A stretch of 64,000 bases of DNA, from the NCBI GenBank assembly GCA_028534125.1, contig CM052816.1:97156001-97220000 (forward strand). Direction: 5' to 3'. The position numbers and the translations under genes are program-made. Under the pieces are notes generated by a model that worked only from the letters and a program-made list of their open reading frames with translations, made no database searches and was not told the origin of the DNA. How positions within the stretch are numbered: position 1 is the first letter of the stretch; every line of letters begins with the position of its first letter. The DNA comes from Lama glama. Taxonomy: Eukaryota. Positions 14,346 through 26,309 of the stretch are shown one piece after another.

Positions 14346-15094
14346 CCTAAAATAGGTAAATACCCATTTACATTTTCTATTCCACTATGTGTCAGTTTTG
14401 GTAAGTTGCTTTTTTCAATGAATTTTCCCATTTTATCTAAATTGTAAATCTTTTTGGCCCTGAGTAATTTATAACATTCCATATTTATCTTGTTAAAATC
14501 TGTAGGTTCTGTAGTAAATCCCCGTTTATTCCTTATATTATTAGTTTGGGTGGCTGGTGATTATTACTGTTTTTTCTTTCTTGATCAATCTTGCTAGTGG
14601 TTTAGGCATTTTTCAACTTTTTCAAAGAACCAACTTTTTAGCTTTGTATTTTTCAGTATTGGTTGTTTTCTATTTTATTGATTTCTTCTTTCTTCTTTAG
14701 TATTAATCCCCCTCTACTTACTGGATTTGCTTATCTTTTTTCTGGTTTCCTAAGTTGGAAACATAAACAACTGATTTTTAATCCATTCTCCTTTTCAAAT
14801 ACAAGCATTTTAAAGCTATAAATTCCTCTCTAAACTACTGTTTAAGTTATATTCCACACATTGTATTGTGAGACACAAAACATTTTTCAATTTGTCTTGT
14901 GATTTTTTAAATTTGACTTGTAGGTTATTCAGACGTACACAGTCTAACATTGAGATAGTTGGGAGTTATTTTTAGATATTCTATTGTTTTCAATTTCTAA
15001 TTTGACGTCAGTGTAGTTTGGTATCAGACTGTAAGACTTTCATCTTTTCATATTTATTTCAATCTTTTCAAATTTGTGGAGATACTTTTATTTG

Positions 15095-15213
15095 TTTTTA
15101 ATACTTTTTAAAAATAACTTTTTTTGGGGGGTAACTAGATTTATTTATTTATTCTTTTTTTTTGATGGAGGTTCTGGGGATTGAGCACACTACCTATGAC
15201 CTTACTCTCACCC
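15095..15213 (-). mobile_element. Degenerate, internally deleted Vic-1-type SINE inserted in an old L1
   Basis: ggggggtaactagatttatttatttatt...gatggaggttctggggattga matches the 3' half of the other two SINE copies. Confidence 0.65.
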
Positions 15214-17929
15214 TTGAGATGATTTTATATATTATATGTATTATATCATGCCTATATATAATACATATTATATCTTGGTCAATAGTCCATGTGCAGTTTA
15301 ACGTAACATGTATTTTACTGTTGGATTTAGTGTTCTATGAATGCCAATTTACAGGAAGTTGATAATCTTGCTCAGATTTTCAATATCCTTATATATAGTA
15401 AGGGATATAAAATATCTAATTTGATTATTGATTAGTCTAATTCTTTCTTTGTTTTTTCAGGTTTTTTCAAGTATTTTATAGCTGTGTTTTAAGTATGTTC
15501 CATTTAAAAATTTTACATTTTCTGATGAATTGAACCTTTCATTATTTTTCAGTGTCACTCTATCTCTGTTAATACTTCATGCCTTCATATCTACTTTGTC
15601 TGATATTAATATACGTACCATAGCTTCCTTATGCTTACTGTTTGTATAATCTGTATTTTCCATCCTCTTAACTCCAACCTAACTTCCTTCTGTATTTAAA
15701 GCACATCTCTTGTAGACAGTACATGGCTTTGTCATGCTTTTATTTGAAGTGTTTAATCCTTATACATATAATATGTTTGGTTTTAAACCTTCCTTATTAC
15801 CATCGCTCATCTCTTGTCCTACCACTTTATGGTATGGTCCATTACATTTGTTCACATTCTTTTTTAAAATCTACCATTTTCCATTTGTTTTCTGTTTGTC
15901 TCATGCCTTTTTGGTTCTGTCTTCCTCCTTTACTGCCATTTTTCATTAATCTAATATTTCCATAGTATTTTTTATTTTTTTCATTGATTTTTTAAGCTAT
16001 ACCTCTTTGTTCTTTTTAGTGATTGTTCAAGAAATAAAATAAACATTATTAATTTATCAAAAGTCACTTAGCATTAACATTGCACCACTTTCAAAATACA
16101 AAAGATCCTGACAACAATTTAACCCCACTCTCCTCCCATCAGAATTCTTACTGTAGCTATTATTTTTGTGTTAAATAATCTGCTGTCCTTCAGAACAATT
16201 AATACCATACAAGTGCACACTCTCACATACTAAGCATATCCTGCTCTTCATTCTCTTGTGAGGATTCTGGTATAATTTGCTTCTGGTATAATTTCAGTTC
16301 AAATTGAAGAACTTCCATTAGCATCTCTTTTCTCGGCAAAACTAGAGGTTTGCTGGTGATGAATTCCTCTAGCTTTCTTTCATTTACAAAATATCTTTCA
16401 CCTCGTAAAAAGATGAATCTTTTTACTGAATATGTCATTCAGGATGAACCATATTTATATCAGTGGTTCTGATGAGAAGTCAGTCCTCACTTTTATGCAA
16501 GGTCTTTTCCCTCTGGCTGCATTTAAGGTTAATTTTTTCTTCTTTTCCCCTTTGGCTTCAGCAGTTTGAATATAATAACACCACATGTGTTACTGACATT
16601 TATTCTTCTTGCTGTTTTTCATAGAGGTTCTTGCCTTTGGAGGCTGATGTCTTTCCACAAATTTGGGAAAATCTGTCACTAAGCGTGCTGGTAATTTCCT
16701 GTTTGTTTTCAAACACATTTCTATCCCATCTCCTACAAACTCCGTTTTCCAGACTCTTTGCCAACTGGTTCTAAGAAGGTTGCCAACTGGTTCCCCAAGA
16801 GACGTAGCGGAGGAAGACTGGAAGGGCGGGAAGGAAGAAGCCTGGGTACTTTTCCTTACTCTCTATTCAGCAGTCATTTTCTGAACGGGCTGCAACTCCT
16901 GCTGTCTCTGAGGTTCCAGGTCCATGTCCAGCACGCATTCTGCCTGGTCATGGTCCCAGTGTCTGCAGAAAGGTCCAGGAGCCTGAGTTTCCGGTGACAC
17001 CACATCCACCCTGTGTCATTTCAACCTTAGGGTGGTAGCAAGTTCTCCTGTTCCTCTTGGTTGCTTTCCCATCCCCTGTTCTGTTTTTCAGCTTTCCTCT
17101 CATTCGATAAACACTTTCCTTTATCAAATTTGCTTGTTGAAATGCCTGAGGACATTTCTGCTTTCTTTATAGGACTCAAATCCATCAGCTCACATTTTTT
17201 CTACGTAGTATGATATCATGAGTGGTTAGATGGAATTCTAGGAATAATTAGAATCAGATACTTTTCCAACTTTCTTCCTTTTTCCTTTGATAAAGAGCAA
17301 GCCATTCAGTTTTCATTAGAAGTATTGAGAAAATACCTACATATTCCATAGGTTATGCCATATCTATATTTCCTCATGAACGGATGATTATGGATTATAC
17401 TGGCCTTTAATTACACAAATCTCAAGAGCTGTAATGAGAATTAGCATGGGTCAATCTCCTTTCAAGTCATGTGACTTCTTTTGTGAAGCTGAGTTTAAAA
17501 AAAAGATCCTTGTAATACAGTGAGTTTCACAGGCTCTTGTTTTCTGGAATGCATTTTAATTTTTGTTTTTAGGAATAATCATTCCACCATGAAGATGGTG
17601 GATAGAGTCTCTGGACATTCTAGAGTTGGATCAAACAGCTATATGAGAGTCCGAGAGAAAAATAAGGGTGTTAAAATTCGACTCCCACATCTTATAATGC
17701 TCCACTGGATACAGTGAAGAGCACCTGGTGATCTTTTTTCTGGATGTATCTCATGTTCCCTACTTTGCTTTTTCTCAAATGTCAGAATCCATTAAAGGGG
17801 GACAAGGGATTGGTAAAGGAAAACAGTGATATTAATACCATTGTTTTTTGTTTTGGTGGAATGGATGACATGTGCCCTTTAAAGCAGGAATGCGCATTAT
17901 CTTAAAAGTATGTTATGCCACAAACTATC

Positions 17930-18730
17930 AGATGTGACTCAATAAGAAACAGAAAACCCGAATAGACCTATAAAAGTAAAGAGATTGAGTTAGGAATTAA
18001 AAAACAAAACAAAAATTAAAACTATTCCCAAAGAAAAAGCACATTCTCAGATGGCTTCAGTGGTGAATTCTACAAAACACTTAAAGAAGAATTAATGCCA
18101 CTTTTTCACAAACTGCTCCAGAAAATAAATGGGATGGAACAGTTACCAACTGATTCCATGAGTCCAATATCACCCTGATACCAATATTAGACAAGGACAT
18201 CATAAGAAAACAAAAGTGGACACCATTATGTCTTATGAATATAGATTACAAACACCCTTAACAAAATATTAGCAAACCAAATCTAGTCTGTATAAAAAGG
18301 ATCATATACCATGACCAAGTGGGGTTTATCTGAGAAATGCAAGGTTGGTTTAACATCTGAAAATCAATTAATGTGATACAATGTATTAATAGGATAAGGG
18401 GAAAAAAGCACACATGGTCATCTCAAAAGCTCAGTATGAAAAAGTCCAACCCCCTTTCTTTATAAAAACCTTCAGCAGATGAGTAAAAGGGATTTACTTT
18501 ATCCTGATAAGGGGCATCTATGAAAAACCCACAGGTAACATCATACTTAATGACAGACTGGATGCTTTCCTCCTAAGAGCATAAGCAAGAATACTCGTGT
18601 GCTGTGGCAACTTCTATTGAATGTTACACTGCAGGTTCCAGCCAGGGAAAATGAAATAAAAGGCATTAAATGAGACAGGAAGAAGTAAATCGGTCTCTCC
18701 AAGTAGACAGTATGATCTCATATGTAGAAT
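17930..18730 (+). mobile_element. Old L1 ORF2 (RT region) fragment
   Basis: Translates in part to DGFSGEFYKTLKEELMPLFHKLLQKI and ends at a degenerate FADDMI-like motif. Disrupted by stops and frameshifts. Confidence 0.85.
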
Positions 18731-19829
18731 ATGATGTCATAACTTGAGATCCAGACCCAGAGTGGCTCACTTTCCCTGCTGGGTGCCACCAGGGGCTGTC
18801 CAATGCTCCAGTCCATGACACATTGACACTCATGTCTGTTGGATGTAACTTTCACCCCAGGGAGCAAGAACTACCACGAGGCGAAGTAATGGTTGGTCAA
18901 AAGCTCTTAGTTATAACCATTTACCCTTCCTGTTCTGTCAAAAGCACGTTCAGGCTCATTAAGCACACCAAGTTGTTTGTGTAATACAATCAATTTTAAT
19001 TAACATTCTGGTTGCAAAGCTGTTTTTTTTTTAACATACAGGCATAATTTGGTTTATATACTCTCTGAAAAGCAAACTTGACTCTCCCTTGTCAGGAGGC
19101 AAGAAAAATTACACTTTTTAGTGGTAATTTCTGACTTTGGTACTTTAATCAAGTGTATTGTTACGTTACATGGCAAAGGCTGATTTGAGACAAGGTGCTT
19201 TCTCCTCTCTTTTTTTCCAGCCAGTTTGTTGCTTACAAGTGGTCCCAATGGAAACGAGGGAGCACATTTGCTGACAGAAAAATCCAGCAGAGATATGCAT
19301 CCTCTCTCCAAAAGTCTAAAAGTTATATTAATTATAAACCATTTCTCTGGGTAAATAATGGTGTTTTTCTCTGGAGTTCTATTTAATGTGATGACTTTCA
19401 TGCCCCACCTCCCTCTGTATCCTCAGCTTCCTCCCCCAGGAATGATGCAGATCAATGCTCTGTTCACATCTGTTACACAGTGTTTAACAAGGACAATGAG
19501 AACTGAGGGATGAAAACTCCTCCTTATAGTCAGCAGGAAATAACACCCACCTCCCTTTTAAGTGGCAGGTGATAGAACTTCAAAATGAAGGAGAATTTGG
19601 CAAAAGAAAAAAAGAATCAAAAGGTGAAAAGGCATTTAAATATCCATCACCAGGACAGATTACAGCAGCCTTTCCCTGACACTCAGACTTAGCAGCTTTG
19701 TGATGTTCTGGCCACTTGAAGGTCCTGTGATGTAGGAAAGGGAAAGAGGGTTCCATCCGGCAGAGCAAAGAGCTTCCATTTCATAGCAGCATAAGGACTG
19801 AAGACTTGAATTTTCAGGAGGTCCACAGT

Positions 19830-20930
19830 CTTCTCTTTCTACACTCACTCCTTAGGTGAGCTCATCCTCTCCCACAGGTATCCTAGCTGTGTGCTGATTT
19901 TTCTGAATTACGGCCCCACCCCTCACTCCCCCATGAACCACGGGGTCACACATGCGCTCCTTGCCTCTGTGAAGCCCCATGGCCTGGATGTCTAATACGC
20001 ACACACACGTCTGATGCCTGGAGCTGTGCCCCTCATTTCATGGCCCCCCTAACCTGTTCCTTCCCCAGGAGTCTCCCCCTCTGTAAATGACTGCCCATTT
20101 TTTCCAGTTGCTCAGGCCAAAATCGAAAACCAAAATTAATAAAAAAACCCACAGAGCTTCTCTTTCTCATTCTTCATTTCCCATCCAGTAGCAAGACTTT
20201 TCTTACAGTTCTTAATAATGTATCCCAGAATTTGACCACGTTTTACACCTCCACTGCCACTCTAGTGCAAACTATCATCTTACAAGGTCTTCCTATTTCC
20301 TCCCACCTTCTTCTGGAGCAGCAAGAGCAATACTTTGAAGCACCACTAGATCATGACCTCAGCCGGGAGTAAGCCAGGGCTCCCCATCACGCTCAGCATC
20401 AAGTCCAAAGTTCTTCCAGTAGCTGTGAGGGCCAACACGCCCCACCTCCTGCAGGCTCCTATGCCCCCATCTCCACTGCCCTCGCTGAACTCACTCTGCT
20501 CCCACCACCACTCCTTCCTGGTCCTTGAGCACACCTGTGGCTCCCATCATCTGGAATGTTCTTCTGCCAGATATCCCCATCATTCCCATTTCAGTTTACT
20601 CAGATTTCTGCTTCAATATCACCGAGTCAGTGATGAGTCTCCGACAGCCCTCATCTGAAATACCACCTCTCCTCAACTCCACAGTTCCCCACTGTTTTAA
20701 TTTTTCTCAAAACTTATCACCACTGAATCACTGATACGAATTTGTTTATTACATCATTGCTGTGCCCCCAACAGAGTGTAAGTTAAATGAGAGAAAGGAC
20801 TTTTGGGGGTTACTGCTGCTATTCCAGCATCTCTAGCTATGCTTGGTATAGATATACTACTACTCAATAAATTTATCTACTCAATAAATAGATGTTGAGT
20901 GATTCCACAAATGATTGGCTGAATGCATGT
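19830..20930 (+). mobile_element. L2 (L2a-like) 3' portion
   Basis: ctacactcactccttaggtgagctcatc ... ttccagttgctcaggccaaaa ... ctcaataaatagatgttgagtga terminus. Confidence 0.75.
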
Positions 20931-21193
20931 ATAAATTTCTCTTATTTATTTTTACTTGTATTGCAAATTCTCAGAATATACCTCTAGATGCAATATAAAA
21001 GTATATTGTCCTGCTTCATTGAGTAAAAATGTTCAGCTCCCTTTTGATTGCTGTTGTTTCTCAAATCTTACTACACCAGTGACAAGACCACTGTGCCAGG
21101 AAACTACAACAAAAATCACTTTTTATGCCTGGAGACAGTACTGGTTTTCATGAATTCCATTTTTTCCTGATATTAGAATTTTCAGAGAGGCAC

Positions 21194-21693
21194 NNNNNNN
21201 NNNNNNNNNNNNNNNNNNNNNNNNNNNNNNNNNNNNNNNNNNNNNNNNNNNNNNNNNNNNNNNNNNNNNNNNNNNNNNNNNNNNNNNNNNNNNNNNNNNN
21301 NNNNNNNNNNNNNNNNNNNNNNNNNNNNNNNNNNNNNNNNNNNNNNNNNNNNNNNNNNNNNNNNNNNNNNNNNNNNNNNNNNNNNNNNNNNNNNNNNNNN
21401 NNNNNNNNNNNNNNNNNNNNNNNNNNNNNNNNNNNNNNNNNNNNNNNNNNNNNNNNNNNNNNNNNNNNNNNNNNNNNNNNNNNNNNNNNNNNNNNNNNNN
21501 NNNNNNNNNNNNNNNNNNNNNNNNNNNNNNNNNNNNNNNNNNNNNNNNNNNNNNNNNNNNNNNNNNNNNNNNNNNNNNNNNNNNNNNNNNNNNNNNNNNN
21601 NNNNNNNNNNNNNNNNNNNNNNNNNNNNNNNNNNNNNNNNNNNNNNNNNNNNNNNNNNNNNNNNNNNNNNNNNNNNNNNNNNNNNNNNNNNNN
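21194..21693. other. Assembly gap (exactly 500 N)
   Basis: Run of N. The round number suggests a placeholder for a gap of unknown size. Confidence 0.99.
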
Positions 21694-21983
21694 GAAAATT
21701 CAGTTCTTGACTACAGGCTAATATTAAGAAGCATCGTCTAAGAAAACAAAAGTTCTCAAGTGTTTACTAGGCAGCGTTCTCCCTCCCCCTCTCAACGCTA
21801 ATAAAATGACACCAATAATCCTATTTTTAGAGGCTGAAAGCAACTTAATAGGGCTTTTCACAAGTAGCTGCTCTTTTTTTCCAAAGTAGCCTTCAAAATG
21901 ACTGTAATTGATAATTACTTTGAGAAATAAGTTAAAAAAATGAAGCCTTTAAAAAAATCAGAAAGTGGAACAATGTACCATAC

Positions 21984-22027
21984 CTTAAGGTGCGGTTTTG
22001 AAAATTATGCTGACCCATTGGTACATC
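21984..22027 (-). CDS. ADCY2: Adenylate cyclase 2, exon 11 (44 bp, short exon), C1b
   Basis: ttttaacag|GAT GTA CCA ATG GGT CAG CAT AAT TTT CAA AAC CGC ACC TTA AG|gtatgg. Encodes DVPMGQHNFQNRTL(R). Confidence 0.95.
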
Positions 22028-22270
22028 CTGTTAAAAAAAACAAAAAGGTTATGAGCTGCCAAAACCATACTTTAAGAATCTTGCAATGGTAGTGATGTAT
22101 AACATACTTTTTTTTTTACCACAGAAAATATAATTTAGGTAACAAATTATTACCCATGTGGAGAAAAAGAACTTAATTATAAATGTGAAACAAGATTAAA
22201 CGTTCAGTTTATATTTAGAATGTTGGAAGAATCAGGATCGTTGTCTGGACTTTTAAACTTTACATCCTGA

Positions 22271-22662
22271 ACACAGATGAACTTATTTACAAAACAGAGA
22301 CACACTCACAGACATAGAAAACAAACTTACCAGCAGGGAAACGGGGTGGGGAAGGATAAATTGGGAGTTCAGGATTGGCAGATACTAACGACTATATACA
22401 AAATAGACAGACAACAAGGTCCTACTCTATAGCACAGGGAACTGTATTCAATACCTTGTAACAGCCTATAATGAAAAAGAATATGAAAAGAAACATATAT
22501 ATTTATATATGTAAGTGATTCACTATGCTGTACACCAGAATTTGACACAACACTGTACACTGACTAGACTTGAATAACAAAGGGGCTCTGCGTTTTGATC
22601 AGGAATGTGAGAAACCCGACTTCCTCTCAATAATAAATAACACTGAAATTAAACAAAAAAAA
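22271..22662 (+). mobile_element. 5'-truncated artiodactyl-type L1 3' end with about 70 bp of extra 3' sequence (probable 3' transduction)
   Basis: L1 3'UTR motifs (acagacatagaaaacaaactt, tatagcacagggaact, tgctgtacaccagaa) end near 22577. Non-L1 sequence with AATAAA and an A tail follows. TSD ttacatcctga at 22260-22270 and 22663-22673. Confidence 0.85.
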
Positions 22663-23340
22663 TTACATCCTGATATGTGCAGGTATGATTTCAAACACTG
22701 CAGAAGACTGTTACAAGGACTGCCATGAAAGTTACTATAGGCAACTTAAATCATGTGGAAATGTAGTTTTGGCATCAGACAAAAATTTTAAAAATGCTTT
22801 AAAACACAAACATAATCACAAAATCTGTAGTCAATTCTTATCTCTGAACTGAGCTGTTAAGAAATGGTACCATGGGTTAAGTATGTGAAATCAAGAATCG
22901 TTGAACATATATATATATATATATAAGAATCATTGATGAAAAGGAAGAAATCTACATAAGAGTCCTGAAAAGAACCAGCGAGAGGCAGACACTGAACCCA
23001 CGGCCAAATGTTCAATAATAGACTTAAAAAAACCAGGTTCACTTTCATACATTTGTGGTGGAAATTAAAAGTTGGAACAAAGTGGCTCTGAAGAAACTTT
23101 TCTCTGTGGCTTTGATCTCCAAGGTGAGATCAGGAAATGTATTTAGCCAAGGGAAGGTAAGGCTTAAAAAAATAATAACTGAACTCCAAGTTTTATTACA
23201 TAACGTGAAATAATGCATTATTCACCAGTTCTATCAATGTTAAATCAAGACTCAATGAGGTTCTGCATCGGGGATTAGACGAAAGAACTTTGGTAATGAC
23301 AGTTGTTCGACCCTGGAATGTCTTAATAGGAATGCCAATG

Positions 23341-23537
23341 AGCATCCATGTTGCTGCAAATGGCGTTATGTTGTCGGTTTTTATGGCTGAGTAGTATCTT
23401 ATGGTAGCTCACAGAGAAAACAATGTGACAATGAATATATATACGTTCACGTATAACTGAAAAATTGTGCTCTACACTGGAATTTGACACAACATTGTAA
23501 AATGATAATAACTCATAAAAAATGTTAAAAAAAAAAA
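23341..23537 (+). mobile_element. Short young L1 insertion with a 5' inversion
   Basis: 23341-23397 is antisense L1; 23398-23537 is a sense L1 3' end with poly(A). TSD gaatgccaatg at 23330-23340 and 23538-23548. Confidence 0.88.
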
Positions 23538-24020
23538 GAATGCCAATGGGATCTGTCTGAAAGTGAGTGAGGGACGCAGCGAAGTCGCAGTCCTGCGGGC
23601 TTCATGTGCTAAGTGAAGCCTCAGGATTTCCTCCAGGTGTCCTTCTTCGCCACCAAGGTGGTGCTGAGGCTCTGTATCCGTGACTGGTTAGGGAAACTGA
23701 GCTCACTCCAGAAGTCTGCTGACTTTTACACACAACCTCCTGAAGCTCAAAGCACTGGCAGCTCTCTCCTGAAGGAGGCACCTTGGCCCCCACGTGGCCA
23801 CAGACTGAAGTCAGGTGGAAATCTTTCCCTGGGGGCCGTGCTGACAGAGTAAGGGAGACAGTCACTCTGAAGTCCTGAGACAATGAAGCCTGATAAGAAA
23901 TTGGCAACCACAGCGACAGCAGCAGCACGCTGGAAATACAAGGTCTGTTTTCACAGGTCCACGTATGAAACAGCACGGAAATCATGTTCACGTATTTATA
24001 TATGACTCTTATTTCTTGAA

Positions 24021-24117
24021 AACCAACCAACCAACCAACCTACAAACCAACCAACCAACCAACCAACCAACCAACCAACCAACCAACCAAACAACACACC
24101 AACCAACCAACCAACCA
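24021..24117. repeat. (AACC)n tetranucleotide microsatellite, interrupted
   Basis: Directly visible; about 20 units with two interruptions. Confidence 0.97.
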
Positions 24118-24329
24118 GTCATTGGTTTATAACAAATCAGTGAGAGACATAGTTATTAGCCATTAGTGCCAACAATAAATGCAGTGTTGAGCAAAAGTAT
24201 CCAATTTTTTTTCACAGGAGGGACAGAAGTACCCATTGGCCCTGACACCTAGATTCTGGGCTCTCGGATGCTTTTCCTCTAACAGGCCTAGTTGCTGGAA
24301 GGCCCCAGTTGCCCCAGGCTCCACTCGTT

Positions 24330-25260
24330 GGATCTTTTCTCTTCTTACGATCTCATCCAGCTCTGTGGCCTCAAACTTCATCTAGAACCTGCCGACTGTC
24401 ACAGTCACAGCTCCAGCTGGGACCTCTGCCCCGAGTTCCAGACTTGCACATCCAAATGCCAACTTCCCAGTGGCACTTAGATGACTAAAAGGCATACAGA
24501 TTTGAAGATGCCCATTAGCAAAGTCTGGATTTTTCCATCCTAAATCACTGGACTTTTCCTGAGTGTCTGTCATCTCAGTTAACAGTATCATCATCCTTCC
24601 AGGTGCACAGCCAAAAAAGTATGGATGCATCTCTGATCCTCCTTTTTACACATCTCCACTCCATCCCCAAGTCTTATTTGCTCCACTTTCAGATTACACA
24701 CCGAACTTGCTTCTGTTTCCACTACTAAAATCTCAGCACAAGAGGGGACCATCCTCACCTGGACCCCTGCACTCTTGCTCCGCCACCCAGAGCACTAATT
24801 ATACTATGCCCGTCCCTTGCTTAAGACCCTCTAACAACTTTCCCCTGTATCAGAACAAATTAGACACGATTACCTCAGAGCCTCTCAGCCCTAATGACCT
24901 CCTTTTGCTGACTGCCGATGACACTACAGCCACACCGGCCTCCTCGCTGCCCTCAAAGACACCGACTCACCTCCATCGCAGGGTCCCTGAGTTTGTTTTT
25001 CCACCACCTTCTCTCCCAGCTTGCTCCTCCCGCTCTGAGGTCTCCCCAGCCACCTGACCCAGAGCAGCCACACCACTCTCTCCCAAAGATCTTGCTCCGT
25101 TTTCTCTCCAGCACGGCCCTCAGCAGCACCTGCAGTGTGCCGTTTCCCAGTTACAGTCTCTCTCTTCTTGACAGAACGCAAGCTCCTCTCGGGCTTGCCC
25201 TGGGGGCCCCCCTTCCTGATTGCCCGTTAGATCAGATCTTCTGTCAGATCATTAATCGTT
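24330..25260 (+). mobile_element. L2 fragment
   Basis: gatctcatccagctctgtggcctcaaacttcatcta ... ctccagctgggacctctgccccgagttccagact ... ttccaggtgcacagccaaaa. Confidence 0.7.
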
Positions 25261-26132
25261 TTGGTTGAGAAGGACAAAGGAAGTTGAGAGAGGAGACATA
25301 ACTCAGACAAAATAAGAAGGCTAAGCCCTGCCTACTGGGCTTGGGCGTGTGGCGGCGACGTGCTGGGAGGTGCGCGACACAGGGAGATGGGAAATACTCG
25401 CTTTTTTCTGGCATTTCTTTTTCTCATCAGCTAATAAGAATTATCTAACATCCCATTTTCCAGTTCACCCCAACGGCACCCTGCATACAGTTCTTGCCAT
25501 TCTACATGAAATTTTACTCAGGGATTTTTTAAAAAATCTGACTATACCATTGGGGTTATTCTAAGTGATTACTGCATTTACTCTTCCCTCGTGAGTTTTT
25601 CTGTTTTCCGTCTGCATTTCAGCCATCTGACGGAAAACGTCCCTGTTGTAAGGAGCACTGGGACTTTATTCTCTGTTGGAAGCTGGAATGCTGTAAATGA
25701 GGAGCTTCCACAGCAGGATGCGCGCTGCCCCTGCCGCAGCCTGGACACACGGGTGATGCAGACACAGTTCTAATGAGGCTGCACGAACCCCAAGGACACC
25801 ACGCCTTCCTCCGGTCTTTTATCAAGATGCTCAGGCTTTCTACCTCATGATAGCAAAAGCAAAACACAAACTTGGGTCAAAAAAAAAGAGTTCAATTATA
25901 TTCAGTTACTACACAGTCTTGGGCTTGAAGTTCTAATGCAAAATCATCCTAGGTTAAAACCCTCAGCAACGCCAGGCTGGTGCTCGTGGCTGTCTGTCTG
26001 AGAGCTGTTTGTAAGGGGCCTCTCCGGGAAGACGGTAGGCTGGCTTCAATACAGGCAAAAGTAATTATGGCAGGAGATGCCTTTTGCTTTGGGGAACTAG
26101 CTGTGGCCCAGCACGGGGATGGGGGTGTGTAC

Positions 26133-26309
26133 CGTGGTGCTGATCTTGCCGTTCTCCGTGGTCATGCTGTCTCTGTGATGCAGGTGTGCAAAGGGCTTGG
26201 CCGCCCCCCAGGACTCCAGGTACCGGGTCATGCGCACGGAGGCCCGCATCTTGGCTCCGTCGAGGGTGTGCCGAGGCCTGAAGAGGTGCTGGGGACTCCG
26301 TCGTTCTCC
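26133..26309 (-). CDS. ADCY2: Adenylate cyclase 2, exon 10 (177 bp), C1b
   Basis: ccccaag|GGA GAA CGA ... ACC ACG|gtacac. Encodes GERRSPQHLFRPRHTLDGAKMRASVRMTRYLESWGAAKPFAHLHHRDSMTTENGKISTT. Read manually. Confidence 0.96.

Larger units (their letters stand above)
12480..16665 (-). mobile_element. Block of ancient L1M relics (at least two tandem copies covering ORF2 5' and ORF1 regions)
   Basis: T-rich plus strand with L1 antisense hallmarks repeated twice (ttctcaaagaatgagcttttggc near 13180; tttcaaagaaccaacttttta near 14620). The minus ORF at 16223-16438 contains the ORF1-like KLEEFITSKP. Confidence 0.75.

Noticed and set aside
17930..18730. Reverse-transcriptase-like coding remnants (also 34838-35956) considered as a possible novel RT system
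   Set aside because: Ordinary decayed L1 ORF2 with frameshifts and stops; no intact ORF.
21125..21721. 198-aa ORF in the ORF track
   Set aside because: Artefact of translating through the N gap.
24021..24117. Regular repeat considered as a possible CRISPR-like or telomere-like array
   Set aside because: A simple AACC microsatellite with no spacers; the context is a mammalian intron.
26124..26144. REST/RE1-like sequence ATCAGCACCACGGTACACACC across the exon 10 donor
   Set aside because: The left half matches, but it is dictated by the codons for ISTT, and the right half (GGACAG) is broken by the GT donor.
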